A stretch of DNA of 64,000 bases, from assembly GCA_050015075.1 (NCBI GenBank), contig JBEKCB010000001.1, forward strand, positions 96,001 through 160,000. Reading direction: 5' to 3'. Shown here one piece after another: positions 40,260 to 51,022 of the stretch. Origin of the DNA: Candidatus Brocadiia bacterium (lineage in GTDB: Bacteria; Planctomycetota; Brocadiia; CAIUPP01). Position numbers and translations under genes: made by a program. Position 1 is the stretch's first letter; each line of letters begins with the position of its first letter. The notes under the pieces are model-generated. The model was not told the DNA's origin, ran no database searches, and saw only the letters and a list, made by a program, of their open reading frames with translations.

Positions 40260-40390
40260 GACTTCCGCGGCGCGGGAGGATGATTCGGCCGAGCGCGCGG
40301 TGTGCTCGTCCTCGTCGTCGTCCTCGTCCTCGAACGGCTGTAACGAACGGCCGAGGACGAGGACGACGACGAGGACGAGAACGATTGGGC
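40230..40390 (+). repeat. Direct repeat 1: larA 3' end plus family A palindrome
   Basis: 44 bp identical (40323-40366 = 41068-41111) with flanking similarity to 41000-41135. Confidence 0.85.
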
Positions 40391-40501
40391 GGTGTTGACC
40401 GACGGACAGGAATTCGGGCGTATGCTATAATACGTTTAGCCCGAGCATAAAGACCCGGAGAACCGGAACCGGCGGACGGGATGATTGCGGGGAGCGCGCG
40501 A

Positions 40502-40741
40502 ATGAAATTCTATTCGTTTCAGATTGTGATCGAGAAAGAAACCGAGGACGAGGGCTATTACGCCTACAGTCCGACGCTGCCGGGCTGTTTCAGCAACGGG
40601 AAAACCATCGAGGAAGCCCGCCGCAACATGCGGGAAGCGGTTGAACAACACGTCCAGTCGCTTCTCAAGCGCTCCCAGAAGATCCCGCAGGACGACAAAC
40701 TGGTGCACGTTGAAGAGCTGACCGTGGGCGTGCCCGGATGA
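40502..40741 (+). CDS. hicB: HicB-like antitoxin (short)
   Basis: YYAYSPTLPGCFSNGKTIEEARRNMREAV. Confidence 0.88.
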   Translation: MKFYSFQIVIEKETEDEGYYAYSPTLPGCFSNGKTIEEARRNMREAVEQHVQSLLKRSQKIPQDDKLVHVEELTVGVPG

Positions 40742-40965
40742 GCCGCATGCCGCAGGTCAAGGCCGGCGAGCTTGTGCGATTTCTTAAAGCGCGAGGCTTT
40801 GTCGAAGACCGGCAAAGCGGCAGCCACTTGACGCTCTGGCACGAAGGGCGCAAAGTCTCCATCACCGTTCCCATCCACAAAGGTTGCGATATCGGTCGCG
40901 GCCTGGCGCTTCGTATCCTCCGGGATTCCGGGTTCAGTGTGGACGAGTTCCTGGAAGGCCGATGA
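40738..40965 (+). CDS. hicA: HicA-like mRNA interferase toxin
   Basis: GFVEDRQSGSH, ITVPIH, ILRDSG. Confidence 0.88.
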   Translation: MSRMPQVKAGELVRFLKARGFVEDRQSGSHLTLWHEGRKVSITVPIHKGCDIGRGLALRILRDSGFSVDEFLEGR

Positions 40966-40999
40966 ACTCAAGGCCGAAGCGGCAGCCGGGGCACACTTA

Positions 41000-41135
41000 A
41001 ATCCCGACGACGAGGGATGCACGCTCTGAGGCTGCGGCGGCGCGGGGGATGATTCGGACGGCTCGTGCTCGTCCTCGAACGGCTGTAACGAACGGCCGAG
41101 GACGAGGACGAGTTCGAGGACGAGGACGATTGGGC
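41000..41135 (+). repeat. Direct repeat 2: degenerate larA 3' end plus family A palindrome
   Basis: Reads NPDDEGCTL* versus larA IPGDDGYEL*, then GCGGCGCGGGGGATGATTCGG and the shared 44-mer. Confidence 0.8.
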
Positions 41136-41151
41136 TGCGCGGCGAATCTCG

Positions 41152-41180
41152 TTGACACCCACCGCCTTCGGCGCTATCAT
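41152..41180 (+). promoter_or_regulatory. Sigma70-type promoter
   Basis: TTGACA-17 nt-TATCAT. Confidence 0.55.
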
Positions 41181-41236
41181 CGGCTGGCCGTTTCGGTGTG
41201 CCAAACCGCCTGTCCGCCGCTTCTTGAGGTGCCCTC

Positions 41237-44200
41237 ATGGGAGAGCAGCGTTCGAAAGAGATTCTCGAGGGGCTGCTCTATCCGGTCGTCATCCTCGACC
41301 GGAAGCGGGACATTTGCTTCATGAACGGCGCGGCGCGGCGCCTGCTCCTCGAAGGGCTCGATCTGCGGCTGGCGGCGCACGTCCGCAGCACCCCGGACAT
41401 GGGGCCGCTCACCCAGGTGCACTTCAAACTCCAGAACGGGTGCGACCTCATCCTCAAGATCCGGATCGGCGAGATCGAATGGCTCGGCGAAAAGGCGCTG
41501 CAGGTCTTGATCTCGAACGTGACGCCGTACCTGGCCATGATCCAGGAGTTGCAGAAAGAGCTGGCGGCGCTGAAGCAGGCGCCGGCCGAACTTGCGGCCC
41601 GGCGGCCCGAGGCGCAGCAGCCGCTCGCCGCGCCCGGCGACGCGGCGGCCAAGCTGCAGGCGGAACTCGCGGACGAGTCCGCCGCCCGCGCCAAGGCAGA
41701 GGAGAACGCCCGCGCCTTGCAGGAGAACCTGGACCTCGTCACGCAGGAAAACGCCCGCCTCCAATCGGACCTGGCCCGGGCCGCGCGCGAGCGCGAGGAG
41801 TCGAAAGAGTCTCCGGCGGCGGACCTGGAGCAGGCCCGCTCGGAACTTAAGCTGCAAGCGGACAAGTCGGCCGAGGCGCAACGGGCATGGGAAACCGAGC
41901 GCGCCGCGCTGGCCGCGTCGCTCGAGCAGGCCCGGCAGCAGACCGAGGCGGAAGCCTCGCAGCGCAGGCAGGCCCAGGCCGATCTCAAGGCGGCCGAAGC
42001 CGCCTCATCCGCGTCCGAGCAACTCCATTCCAACTTGCGCCAGGAATTCGAGGCGCTCCTCCAGGACAACAAGCGCCTGACGCAGGACCTGGCCGAGCGC
42101 GCTCCGCGCGAAAGCGAATTGGCCGCGGCGCGCGATGCGCTCGCCGCGCAGGTCAAGCGGCTCCAGTCCGAACTTTCCGCCGCCGCGGCCGAGCGCGACG
42201 GGCTCGTGTCGCGCGCCGCCGCGATAGAGGCGTCGCTCGAACAGGCCCGGCGGCAGACCGAGGCGGAAGCCTCGCAGTGCGCGCAGGCGCAGGCCGATCT
42301 CGAGAAGGCCCACGCCGCCGCGTCCGCGGCCGAGCAGGCCCAGTCCAAGTCGCGGCAGGAAGTAGAGGCGCTCCGGCGCGAGCTGGAGCAGCTCACCGCC
42401 CGCGCAGAGGAGAAATCCTCGCAGGTCGCCGCGCTCCGCGAAGAGAATAAGCGCCTGGCCCTGGACCTGGCCGAGCGCGCTCTGCGCGAAAGCGAATTGG
42501 CCGCGGCGCGCGACGCGCTCGCCCGCGAACTCGCGGCCGCCCGGCAGGAAGCCGAGCGCGCCGCCGGCGAGGCTCGCGCGCATGAGTTGGAGTCCGGCCG
42601 AGCCGCCGAGAAACTCGCCGCGCAAATCGCCGCGCTCCAGCAGGACCTGGCCGCCGCAGAGCAGGCCCGGTCGGAGTCGGCCGAGACGTCCGAGAAGCTG
42701 AAAAACGAAGCCCGGGAGCATGCCGATGCGCTCGCCCAAGCGCGCGAGGAAGCGGCCGATGCCGCCCAGAGGGCGGAGGCGGAACGGGCCAAAGCCGCAG
42801 AGGCGGAGGAGCAGGCGGCTTCGGCGGCGCGGGAACTGGAACGGATGCGCGGCGAATTGGGCCGCAGCATGGACGAAGCGCAGGTCTCGGAGAAAGCCTG
42901 GGCGCAGGAGCGCGCCGAGCTTCAACGCGGCGCGGGTGAAGGTCCGGAACAGGAGGCGGCCATGGGAGAGCAACGTTCGGAGGAGACCCTCGGGCCCTAT
43001 CGGCTGACGGAATGCCGCGCCGAGGGGCACATCGCGCGCATCTGCAAAGGGCTCGACCGCGCGACCGGGCAGAAGGTCCTCGTCCGCATCGTGGACCCGA
43101 TGGCCTGCCGCAACGAGCGCATCCGCGCGGTGCTCGAGGAGCTGCGCGATCCGGCCTGCTCGCGGCGCGTGCAGGACCCGCACATCCTGAAAGTCCTCGA
43201 CGTCGGCGTCCGTCGCGACTCCTATTTCATCGTCCACGAGGACTTCGGCGGCATCCCGCTGGACGAATACGTCAAGGAAACGCGTCCGTCGTTGAAGGAG
43301 TCGCTCGGCCTCGCGCGCGCCATTGCGGAATGCGTCCGCGCCGTCCACGGATTCCGGCTCGTCCACGGCGACCTGAAGCCGCAGAACGTCCTGGTCAGCC
43401 GCGACGCGGGCGGCAATTGGGTCGTCAAGGTCGCCCTCGCGGACCTCGCGCACGACGCCGCCGACGCGATGCTCTCCGTCTACGGCGAGCTGGTCGGCAC
43501 GCCGAAGTACCTCTCGCCCGAGCAGATCCAGGGCAAGACCGCCACGGGCAGCTCGGACCTGTTCTCCCTCGGCGTGATCCTCTACGAACTCTTCAGCGGC
43601 CGCGAGCCGTTCCCGGCGGAGAGCCCGATCGGTTACCTGCACGCGAACGTCGCGACGGACCTGCGGCCGCTGGCGGCCGTGGACACGGCGATCCCTTCGG
43701 ACCTGAGCGCCGTGGTCGGCCGCCTGCTGGCGCGCCAGCCGCGCAACCGATATCGCACCGTACAGGCGCTGCTCGACGACCTCGACCGTGTCGAGGCCAG
43801 GCTGGGCGGCGCCGCGCCGGAGCCGGTCGCGCCCGGCGCGGATTCCGCCTTCGCGCCGGTCGCCCCGGAGGCGGCGATGCCGCCGGCGCGCGGGCCGCGC
43901 GTCATAACGGTCACCGCGGCGATCACCGCCGCGGCGCTTCTGCTCGCGACCATCGCCGTTTGGGGCATCGTTTTCCAGTTCGTGCACCGGGCCGCCCGGC
44001 CGCCGGCGGCTGCGCCCACGGAGATCGAGGCGCCTCATCCGGCGCCGCCGAAGGTCCCCGTCGCGACGGTTTCTGCGGCGGAGAAGGCCCTCAACGACAC
44101 GATGACCCGGGTGAAGGCGCTGGCGGACGATGGGAAATTCAACGAGGCGATCCGTCTCCTGAAAGAGCTGCGCGAGCGGTACCGCGACGACCCGATCGCC

Positions 44201-45919
44201 CAGCGGATTGACGTGGAAATCGCCGGCGCGATGCTCGCCCAGGGCGCCAGCCTCGCCGCGCTCTCCAAGCCCGACGAGGCGCTCGCGGTCTACCGTTCCA
44301 TCCTCCGAGACTATCCGGCCACCGAGTCGGCCATGCGGGCCGGCCGCCGCGTGCCCGACATGATCCTGGCCATGGCCAAAACGCTGGAGAACCAGGCGGA
44401 CCTCGAGCAGGCGATGGGCGTGTACGAGTCGCTGATGAAGGAGTACCCCGGTTCGCCGGCCGCCGCCGACGCGGCGGAGATTCTGCCGGGCCTGCGCCTG
44501 CGGTTCGCGGAGGCGCTCGAAAACAGCCAGCCCGACCGGGCGATCGCGCTCCTGCGGGAAATCCTGTCGTCGAACGTGTCCGATGCGGACGCCGCGAAGG
44601 GGCGCGGCCTGCTCGCGCGCGCGCTGTTCGCCCGCGCCGAGAGCCGCGCGAAGGCCAGCCATTTCCGCGACTCGCTCGCCGACTGCCAGGAGGCGGAGCG
44701 GCTCGACCCGTCGTTGAAGCGGGCCATTGATTTGAATGAGCCGGAGGTCCTCGCGCGCGCCGCCATCGAGGCGAAGGACCAGATGGCGCTCGCCGAGGCC
44801 GTCGCGCTCTGGAAACAGCTCGGGGAGAAGTATCCGGGCGCGCACGTGATGCAGGAATACGGCGACTCGATGGCCGCGCTGCTCGAGGCCGCGAACCCGC
44901 CGGCCGGCGGCCCGGCCGACGAACCGGCCCTCCTCTGGGCGCTGGCCGAGAAGGAACTGAACGCCAACAACGCGGCGGGCGCGCAGGCGTATCTCGACAG
45001 GCTCCTCACGAAGTACCCGGACACGGCGCCGGCCGCGACGGCGCGCGGGCTGATGGCCAAGCAGGCTTACGATGTCGCGATCCAGCAAGGCCGGTCGGGG
45101 GACGTGAAGGCGGAGCAGGCGACGCTCGAGAAGATCGCCGCCGCGTATCCGGACGCCGCCAAGGAACTGGCGCGCATCAAGGCCGCGCCGGCGGAGATGG
45201 TGTACGTTCCGGGCGGCGAGTTCACCATGGGGCTCTCGAAGGAGCGCGTCGCGCAGATCGTCGGGCAGTTCAAACTGCCGCCGGTGATGACGGACACCTG
45301 GTTCGGGATGTCGGAGCCGGAAGAGCGCGTCCTCCTCAACCCGTTCTACATGGACGTTCACCCGGTCACGAACGCGCAATACAAGAAGTTCGTGGACGCC
45401 ACGCACCACGCGCCGCCGCCGAGTCCGGACTGGACGGCGAGCGAAGTCAAGCCCGGCTGCCAGGCCAAGCCGGTGACGGACGTGGACTGGAGCGACGCGA
45501 CCGCCTACGCGAAATGGGCCGGCAAGCGCCTGCCCCGCGAGGCGGAGTGGGAGAAGGCCGCCCGCGGAACTGACGGAAGGCTTTTCCCGTGGGGAAACGA
45601 CTGGGACCCGAACCTCTGCAGCGCTTCCGAAACCGACGCGGCCGATACGGCCGCGGTGAACCTGTACGCCGGCGGCCTGAGCCCGTACGGCGCCTCCGAC
45701 ATGGCCGGCAACGTGCAGGAGTGGACGGCCGACCCGCTCAAGCCCTATCCGGCCGCCGACGCGGTCGGGCTGCTTTTCAAGGAAGGCCAGCAGGCGATCC
45801 GCGGAGCGATTCGCCAGGAGCCGATCTTCATCCTCCGCATGGTGACGCGGCGCGCCGGCCTGCTGCCGACTGAGCGAGCGTCCACCCTCGGCTTCCGCTG
45901 CGCGCAGGACGCGCCGTAG
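41237..45919 (+). CDS. 1560-aa PAS-like / coiled-coil / degenerate Ser-Thr kinase / TM / TPR / FGE-sulfatase (SUMF1-like) protein
   Basis: [22 protein letters not shown] (PAS-like), about 480 aa of heptad-rich coil, [22 protein letters not shown]-like helices, [40 protein letters not shown]. Confidence 0.88.
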   Translation: MGEQRSKEILEGLLYPVVILDRKRDICFMNGAARRLLLEGLDLRLAAHVRSTPDMGPLTQVHFKLQNGCDLILKIRIGEIEWLGEKALQVLISNVTPYLAMIQELQKELAALKQAPAELAARRPEAQQPLAAPGDAAAKLQAELADESAARAKAEENARALQENLDLVTQENARLQSDLARAAREREESKESPAADLEQARSELKLQADKSAEAQRAWETERAALAASLEQARQQTEAEASQRRQAQADLKAAEAASSASEQLHSNLRQEFEALLQDNKRLTQDLAERAPRESELAAARDALAAQVKRLQSELSAAAAERDGLVSRAAAIEASLEQARRQTEAEASQCAQAQADLEKAHAAASAAEQAQSKSRQEVEALRRELEQLTARAEEKSSQVAALREENKRLALDLAERALRESELAAARDALARELAAARQEAERAAGEARAHELESGRAAEKLAAQIAALQQDLAAAEQARSESAETSEKLKNEAREHADALAQAREEAADAAQRAEAERAKAAEAEEQAASAARELERMRGELGRSMDEAQVSEKAWAQERAELQRGAGEGPEQEAAMGEQRSEETLGPYRLTECRAEGHIARICKGLDRATGQKVLVRIVDPMACRNERIRAVLEELRDPACSRRVQDPHILKVLDVGVRRDSYFIVHEDFGGIPLDEYVKETRPSLKESLGLARAIAECVRAVHGFRLVHGDLKPQNVLVSRDAGGNWVVKVALADLAHDAADAMLSVYGELVGTPKYLSPEQIQGKTATGSSDLFSLGVILYELFSGREPFPAESPIGYLHANVATDLRPLAAVDTAIPSDLSAVVGRLLARQPRNRYRTVQALLDDLDRVEARLGGAAPEPVAPGADSAFAPVAPEAAMPPARGPRVITVTAAITAAALLLATIAVWGIVFQFVHRAARPPAAAPTEIEAPHPAPPKVPVATVSAAEKALNDTMTRVKALADDGKFNEAIRLLKELRERYRDDPIAQRIDVEIAGAMLAQGASLAALSKPDEALAVYRSILRDYPATESAMRAGRRVPDMILAMAKTLENQADLEQAMGVYESLMKEYPGSPAAADAAEILPGLRLRFAEALENSQPDRAIALLREILSSNVSDADAAKGRGLLARALFARAESRAKASHFRDSLADCQEAERLDPSLKRAIDLNEPEVLARAAIEAKDQMALAEAVALWKQLGEKYPGAHVMQEYGDSMAALLEAANPPAGGPADEPALLWALAEKELNANNAAGAQAYLDRLLTKYPDTAPAATARGLMAKQAYDVAIQQGRSGDVKAEQATLEKIAAAYPDAAKELARIKAAPAEMVYVPGGEFTMGLSKERVAQIVGQFKLPPVMTDTWFGMSEPEERVLLNPFYMDVHPVTNAQYKKFVDATHHAPPPSPDWTASEVKPGCQAKPVTDVDWSDATAYAKWAGKRLPREAEWEKAARGTDGRLFPWGNDWDPNLCSASETDAADTAAVNLYAGGLSPYGASDMAGNVQEWTADPLKPYPAADAVGLLFKEGQQAIRGAIRQEPIFILRMVTRRAGLLPTERASTLGFRCAQDAP

Positions 45920-45932
45920 AAACGAGCGCGAA

Positions 45933-46034
45933 GAACTTGGAACATTCAACGTTGAACGTCCAACGCGGAAAGGAGCGCGACACGCGCAGTCGGTCCTTCG
46001 ACGTTCGAAGTTCGACGTTGGATGTTCGACGTTC
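45933..46034. repeat. Heptamer palindrome (GAACGTT)n...(GTTCGAC)n
   Basis: GAACATTCAACGTTGAACGTCCAACG ... CGACGTTCGAAGTTCGACGTTGGATGTTCGACGTTC. Confidence 0.8.
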
Positions 46035-46109
46035 GCCGTTCTGAAGACAACCGTTCAATGGCAAGAAGTTGAAAGCTCTCTCCCAGTCAGATTGGAAAGG
46101 ACCCGATTC

Positions 46110-47897
46110 ATGGCCAGCCGCCCCGCCCGCAAGAAAAACGCGCCGCGCGCTCTGCCGAGCGACTTCCTGGCGCACGGACTCGAGACCATGCCGCACCGCG
46201 CGCTGATGTTCGCCACCGGCGTCACGCGCTCGCAGATCGGCAAGCCGCTCATCGGCATCGCATCGTCCTTCACCGACCTGATCCCCGGCCACGCCGACAT
46301 GCGCTCGCTCGAGCGCTTCATCGAGCGCGGCGTCGCCGCCGCCGGCGGAGTGCCCTTCGTCTTCGGCATCCCCGGCATCTGCGACGGCATCGCCATGGGC
46401 CACTTCGGCATGCGCTACAGCCTGCCCTCGCGCGAACTCATCGCCGACATGGTCGAATCCATCGTCCGCGCGCACTCGCTCGACGGCGTGCTGCTGCTGA
46501 CCAACTGCGACAAGATTACGCCCGGAATGCTCATGTCCGCGGTGCGGATGGACGTGCCCGCCGTCGTGCTCACCGCCGGGCCGATGATCACCGGCCGGCT
46601 CTCCTGCCCCGGCCCGGGCGAGGGCAAACGGCTCGACCTGGTGAAGGACACGTTCGAGGCCTGGATCCAGTACGACCGCGGCCAGATGAGCCGCGAGGAG
46701 ATGCTCGACCTGGAGATCAACGCCTGCCCCGGCGCCGGCTCGTGCCAGGGGCTTTACACGGCCAACACCATGGCCTGCCTGACCGAGGCGATGGGCATGT
46801 CGCTCGTCGGCTGCGGCACCGGCCTGGCGATGTCCGGCAAAAAGAAACGCCTCGCCTACGAATCCGGGCGGCGCGTGGTCGAGCTGGTCCGCGCGGGCGT
46901 CACGCCGCGCCAGATCGTGACGCGGACGGCGCTGATGAACGCCGCGCGGGTGGACATGGCGATGGGCGGCTCGTCCAACAGCGTGCTGCACCTGACGGCC
47001 ATCGCGCGCGAGGCCGGGATCGGCCTCGACCTGGAGCTGTTCGACCGCGTCAGCCGCGGCACGCCGCAGATCGTCAGCCTGCGGCCCGGCGGGGAGAACT
47101 TCATGGAGGACGTTGAATACGCCGGCGGCGTGCCGGCGATCCTAAACGTGCTGCGCCCGCTCCTCCAGGACAACCCGACCGTCAGCGGGCCCGGCCTGCT
47201 GGAGATCGCCGACCGGCATCCGCCGATCCGCATCGAGTACCTCGTCGAGCGCGACCCGGCCACCGGCGAGTTCGTCTCGCGCAAGCGGACGATCATCCAC
47301 CCCCTGCAGACGCCGGTGCGGCCCGAGGGCGGCATCGCGATCCTGCGCGGCAACCTGGCGCCCGGCGGCGCGGTCATCAAGGCCTCGGCGCTCGACCCGA
47401 CGATGCTGCGTTTCACCGGCCGCGCGCTCTGCTTCAACAGCGAGACCGAAGGCATGGCGGCCATCCGCGACCTGCCGAAGCGGCTGCCGAAGACAGGCAA
47501 CCTGGTCCTGGTGATCCGGTATGAAGGCCCGCGCGGCGGACCGGGCATGCCGGAGATGCTCTCGCCGACGGCGGCGCTGGCGGGCTATCCGGTGGAGATC
47601 AAGAACCGGGTGGCGCTGATCACCGACGGGCGTTTCAGCGGCGGCACACGCGGCCCGTGCGTCGGGCACATCTCGCCCGAGGCCGCCGGCGGCGGTCCGA
47701 TCGCGCTGGTCCGCGACGGCGACGAGATCGAGCTCGACGTCCCCGCGCGCAAGCTGACCGTGCACCTGTCCGCGGCGGAACTGGCGCAGCGCCGGAAGCG
47801 CTGGAAGCCGGCCGCGGCGAGGAAGCTCACCGGCTGGCTGGCGCGCTACGCCAAGCTGGTCGGCGACGCGGCGTCCGGCGCGACGTTGAACGCGTAA
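46110..47897 (+). CDS. ilvD: Dihydroxy-acid dehydratase
   Basis: [54 protein letters not shown]. Confidence 0.95.
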   Translation: MASRPARKKNAPRALPSDFLAHGLETMPHRALMFATGVTRSQIGKPLIGIASSFTDLIPGHADMRSLERFIERGVAAAGGVPFVFGIPGICDGIAMGHFGMRYSLPSRELIADMVESIVRAHSLDGVLLLTNCDKITPGMLMSAVRMDVPAVVLTAGPMITGRLSCPGPGEGKRLDLVKDTFEAWIQYDRGQMSREEMLDLEINACPGAGSCQGLYTANTMACLTEAMGMSLVGCGTGLAMSGKKKRLAYESGRRVVELVRAGVTPRQIVTRTALMNAARVDMAMGGSSNSVLHLTAIAREAGIGLDLELFDRVSRGTPQIVSLRPGGENFMEDVEYAGGVPAILNVLRPLLQDNPTVSGPGLLEIADRHPPIRIEYLVERDPATGEFVSRKRTIIHPLQTPVRPEGGIAILRGNLAPGGAVIKASALDPTMLRFTGRALCFNSETEGMAAIRDLPKRLPKTGNLVLVIRYEGPRGGPGMPEMLSPTAALAGYPVEIKNRVALITDGRFSGGTRGPCVGHISPEAAGGGPIALVRDGDEIELDVPARKLTVHLSAAELAQRRKRWKPAAARKLTGWLARYAKLVGDAASGATLNA

Positions 47898-47933
47898 AGC
47901 GGGGAATTTGAACGCCGGCAGGGACATTGTTCC

Positions 47934-48185
47934 ATGAACCGGAAGAAACTGCTGAGACGATTGGCGCAGGGGTCGTTGCACAATGTTGCCTTTTCGGATA
48001 TGGTGAACCTGGCGCGGGGATTTGGTTTCACCCTTGGCCGGGTTGCTGGAAGCCACCACATACTTATGCACCGGGATATCTCCGAACTGGTGAATCTGCA
48101 GGAAGTTCATGGCGAGGCGAAGCCATATCAGATTCGGCAATTCCTGAGGCTGGTGGAGCGGCACAATTTGAAGCTCGAGGAGTGA
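47934..48185 (+). CDS. hicA: HicA-like toxin
   Basis: GFTLGRVAGSHHI, VNLQ, AKPYQIRQ. Confidence 0.85.
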   Translation: MNRKKLLRRLAQGSLHNVAFSDMVNLARGFGFTLGRVAGSHHILMHRDISELVNLQEVHGEAKPYQIRQFLRLVERHNLKLEE

Positions 48186-48188
48186 GCT

Positions 48189-48410
48189 ATGGCAGACTAT
48201 CACATCAACATTTTCTACAGTGAAGAGGATGCGGGATACATCGCCGACATCCCGGATCTGGAGAGCTGTTCTGCTTTTGGTCAAACTCCGGAAGCGGCGC
48301 TCGCGGCGGTCGAGGAGGCAAAACGGGCCTGGCTTAAAGCCGCGCGCGCGGCGCACAAGCCGATTCCACCTCCGCAGTATCGGCCGGTCATTTACCAAAT
48401 GGCAAAGTGA
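48189..48410 (+). CDS. hicB: HicB-like antitoxin
   Basis: YIADIPDLESCSAFGQTPEAAL...WL...PIPPP. Confidence 0.88.
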   Translation: MADYHINIFYSEEDAGYIADIPDLESCSAFGQTPEAALAAVEEAKRAWLKAARAAHKPIPPPQYRPVIYQMAK

Positions 48411-48448
48411 GCTTCTTCGCGCCCCCGACGCGATCTCCAGTCCGCCGT

Positions 48449-48467
48449 GGCGAGGAAGCTCACCGGC
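48449..48467 (+). repeat. 19-bp direct repeat of the ilvD 3' region
   Basis: GGCGAGGAAGCTCACCGGC at both 47816-47834 and 48449-48467. Confidence 0.8.
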
Positions 48468-48483
48468 AAGCGGAAGCTGAACC

Positions 48484-48699
48484 ATGGCGAAGCACACGAT
48501 GAGCGAAATCGTCTTTCAGGTCGAGGAAGATCCCGTGGACGGCGGCTACGTCGCCCGTGCGTTGGGGCATGGGATCACCACGCAGGCTGAGTCCATCGCC
48601 GAGTTGAAGAAAATGATCCGCGACGCGGTCTGCTGCCACTTCGACAAGCCCGCGGGGCCGGTTGTGCTGCAGGCTGGATTCCCGCCTTCGCGGGAATGA
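48484..48699 (+). CDS. Orphan HicB-like protein, C-terminus probably replaced by a repeat
   Basis: EIVFQVEEDPVDGGYVARALGHGITTQAES..ELKKMIRDAV.CHF; ends inside GGATTCCCGCCTTCGCGGGAATGAC. Confidence 0.65.
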   Translation: MAKHTMSEIVFQVEEDPVDGGYVARALGHGITTQAESIAELKKMIRDAVCCHFDKPAGPVVLQAGFPPSRE

Positions 48700-48700
48700 C
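48675..48700. repeat. ATTCCC-N8-GGGAAT palindrome (single copy)
   Basis: Identical to 58057-58082. Confidence 0.8.
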
Positions 48701-48756
48701 GATAAAAGCTTCGAAACGATATTGACCTTGCGCCCCGAACCTGCGCCTCGTCGCGG

Positions 48757-49113
48757 CTAGATCGCCGGCGGAGGCGTGGGCGACTGGGGTTGAGGTTGAG
48801 CCGCGGGGGCCGTTCCGGCGGCGCCGGGCGTGCGGGCCACTTTTTCCTTCATGACCTTGCCCATCTTGAACGTCACCACTGTCTTCGGCGGGACGACCAC
48901 CTTCTGGCCGGTGCGCGGGTTGCGGCCGGTCCGCGGCTTGCGGACGACGACTTCAAATACCCCGAAATCCCTGAATTCCAGCCGGTTCCCTGCGCAGACT
49001 TCCTTGACGATCTCGTCGAAGAGCATCTGGATGACCTGCTTCACTTCAACCTGCGCCAGCCCGCTCTGCTGCGCCACGCGTTCGGCGATTTCACGCTTCG
49101 TAGTCGTTGCCAT
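48757..49113 (-). CDS. HU/IHF family DNA-binding protein
   Basis: TKREIAE, LEFRDFGVF, RTGRNPRTG, VTFKMGK. Confidence 0.92.
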   Translation of the reverse strand: MATTTKREIAERVAQQSGLAQVEVKQVIQMLFDEIVKEVCAGNRLEFRDFGVFEVVVRKPRTGRNPRTGQKVVVPPKTVVTFKMGKVMKEKVARTPGAAGTAPAAQPQPQSPTPPPAI

Positions 49114-49278
49114 CCGCCCGCCTCCTTCGGCTTGCCTGTCCGGTGATCGCCCCTCACCCTTCCGATTCTAACTTATTCTCTTGCTTCCTACAAGGACAAG
49201 TTATATGCTTGAAAACCGTCTCCGTCAAGTCAAAAACAGCGCGGGCCGCCGAGCGGACCTGCGAAAGGAGATCGGGCG

Positions 49279-49974
49279 ATGGTTCCGGCTTCGGTGATTC
49301 GCGCCAATCTGGAGTCCGTCCGGCGCCGAGTCGCCGCCGCCGCGGAGCGCGCCGGGCGGGCGCCGGAGAGCGTTCGGCTGGTCGCGGTCACAAAAACGGT
49401 GGGCCTTGAGGAAATCCGCGCGCTGCACGACCTGGGGGTGCGCGACTTCGGCGAGAGCCGCGTGCTCGAGGCGCTGCGCCGCATCGAGGCGCTCAAGGGT
49501 CTCGACGCCCGCTGGCACATGATCGGCCACATCCAGACAAAGAAAGCAAATAAAGCGATCGGCGCTTTCGATTTACTTCATTCGCTGGACAGCGTGCGGC
49601 TCGCCCAGGCGCTGGAGGCCCACGCCGCGCGCAACCGGGCGGTCGTCCCGGCGCTGGTCGAGGTCAACGTCAGCGGCGAGGCGACCAAGGACGGCTTCGC
49701 GCCCGGCGACCTGGGCCCGGCGCTGGAGAAAATCAGCCGGATGAAGTCGCTCCGCGTGGACGGCCTGATGGCCATGGCGCCGATCGCCGCCGATCCGGAG
49801 CAGACGCGCCCGGTCTTCGCGCAACTCAGGGTCCTGCGCGACCGCTTCGCGCACGCCGCGCCGGGGATCGAGCTGCGATGGCTCTCGATGGGAATGTCGC
49901 AGGATTTCGAGGTGGCCGTGGAGGAAGGCGCCGACCTCATCCGCGTCGGCAGCGCGCTGTTCCGGGAACCGTGA
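49279..49974 (+). CDS. yggS: PLP homeostasis protein YggS
   Basis: LVAVTK, WHMIGHIQTKK, LSMGMSQD, IRVGSALF; adjacent to proC. Confidence 0.93.
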   Translation: MVPASVIRANLESVRRRVAAAAERAGRAPESVRLVAVTKTVGLEEIRALHDLGVRDFGESRVLEALRRIEALKGLDARWHMIGHIQTKKANKAIGAFDLLHSLDSVRLAQALEAHAARNRAVVPALVEVNVSGEATKDGFAPGDLGPALEKISRMKSLRVDGLMAMAPIAADPEQTRPVFAQLRVLRDRFAHAAPGIELRWLSMGMSQDFEVAVEEGADLIRVGSALFREP

Positions 49975-49991
49975 ACGGTCATGCGACTTTT

Positions 49992-50147
49992 CACCACCAA
50001 GGCACCAAGAACGGCAACTCATATTGCAACCACGGAACACACGGATGACACTGAAACTTTTTTAGAAAAGTCATTCAGTGTGTTCCGTGTATTCAGTGGT
50101 GGAAGGCGTTGTGTCTTTTTCTCTTGGTGTCTTCGTGCCTTGGTGGT
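49992..50147. repeat. Nested 9-nt periodic palindromes
   Basis: Outer CACCACCAAGGCACCAAGA...TCTTGGTGTCTTCGTGCCTTGGTGGT; inner ACCACGGAACACACGGATGACACTGAA...TTCAGTGTGTTCCGTGTATTCAGTGGT (50029-50100). Confidence 0.8.
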
Positions 50148-50189
50148 TAACTTGGTGGTGATTCTGGACTCTGGCAGAGGATGATAACT

Positions 50190-50999
50190 ATGCGCAACGA
50201 ACGAATCGGATTCATCGGCGCGGGGCAGATGGCGGAGGCGATCGCGCGCGGCGTGCTGACGGCGGAACTTTTCCCGCCGGCGGCGCTGGCGGCTTCCGAC
50301 GTGTCCGAGCCGCGGCGGCGGCTCTTCAGCGAACTTGGCATCCGCGCGACGGAGCGGAACCTGGAGATCGTCCCCGAGTGCGACGTGCTGCTCATCGCCG
50401 TCAAGCCGCAGAACCTGGATGAAGTGCTCCGCCAGATCGGGCCGAGCCTGCGGAAAGACCAGCTCGTGATCACGATCTGTGCCGGGTGCGCGACGACGCT
50501 CTTCGAAGCCGCCGCGAACGAGCGGGTGCGCGTTGTCCGCGCCATGCCGAACCTGCCCGTGCGAGTCCGCATGGGCGCCACCGCGCTTTGCACCGGGCGC
50601 TACGCGACGCAGTCCGACCTCGAACTCGCGCACGCGATTTTCAGCGCGGTCGGCCACGTCGTTGTGGTCGCCGAGGGACTCATGGACGCCGTCACCGCGC
50701 TCAGCGGCAGCGGGCCGGCGTACTTCGACTTCCTCATCGAGGCCATGGTCGAGGCCGGGCGCCGCGAAGGGATTCCCGAGCAGGTCGCGCGCGCCCTGGT
50801 CGTCCAGACCGCGCACGGCGCCGCCGAGATGATCATCGCCGACGACCTTCCGCCCGGCGAACTCCGCCGCCGCGTCACCTCCAAGGCCGGCACCACCGAG
50901 GCCGCCTTCCGCCACTTCGTGGAACACGACGCGCGCGAGGGCATCGTGGACGCCATCCACGCCGCCGCGGAACGGGCGAAGGAACTCGGAAAAAGATAG
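50190..50999 (+). CDS. proC: Pyrroline-5-carboxylate reductase
   Basis: IGFIGAGQMA, AVKPQ, RAMPN, ALSGSGPAY, VTSKAGTT. Confidence 0.95.
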   Translation: MRNERIGFIGAGQMAEAIARGVLTAELFPPAALAASDVSEPRRRLFSELGIRATERNLEIVPECDVLLIAVKPQNLDEVLRQIGPSLRKDQLVITICAGCATTLFEAAANERVRVVRAMPNLPVRVRMGATALCTGRYATQSDLELAHAIFSAVGHVVVVAEGLMDAVTALSGSGPAYFDFLIEAMVEAGRREGIPEQVARALVVQTAHGAAEMIIADDLPPGELRRRVTSKAGTTEAAFRHFVEHDAREGIVDAIHAAAERAKELGKR

Positions 51000-51022
51000 A
51001 TCTTCCACCAGGGCGACACGGA

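Noticed and set aside
41915-42523. Internal DNA repeats in the giant gene as a DGR template/variable pair
   Set aside because: They are in-frame coiled-coil duplications with no adenine-specific mismatch pattern, and no reverse transcriptase is in the window despite the FGE/CLec-type domain.
42005-45949. 1314-aa antisense ORF and other long shadow ORFs (e.g. 59-1285, 6206-8236, 9121-11160, 28192-30489, 58112-60052)
   Set aside because: Typical stop-poor antisense frames of high-GC genes with no recognisable motifs.
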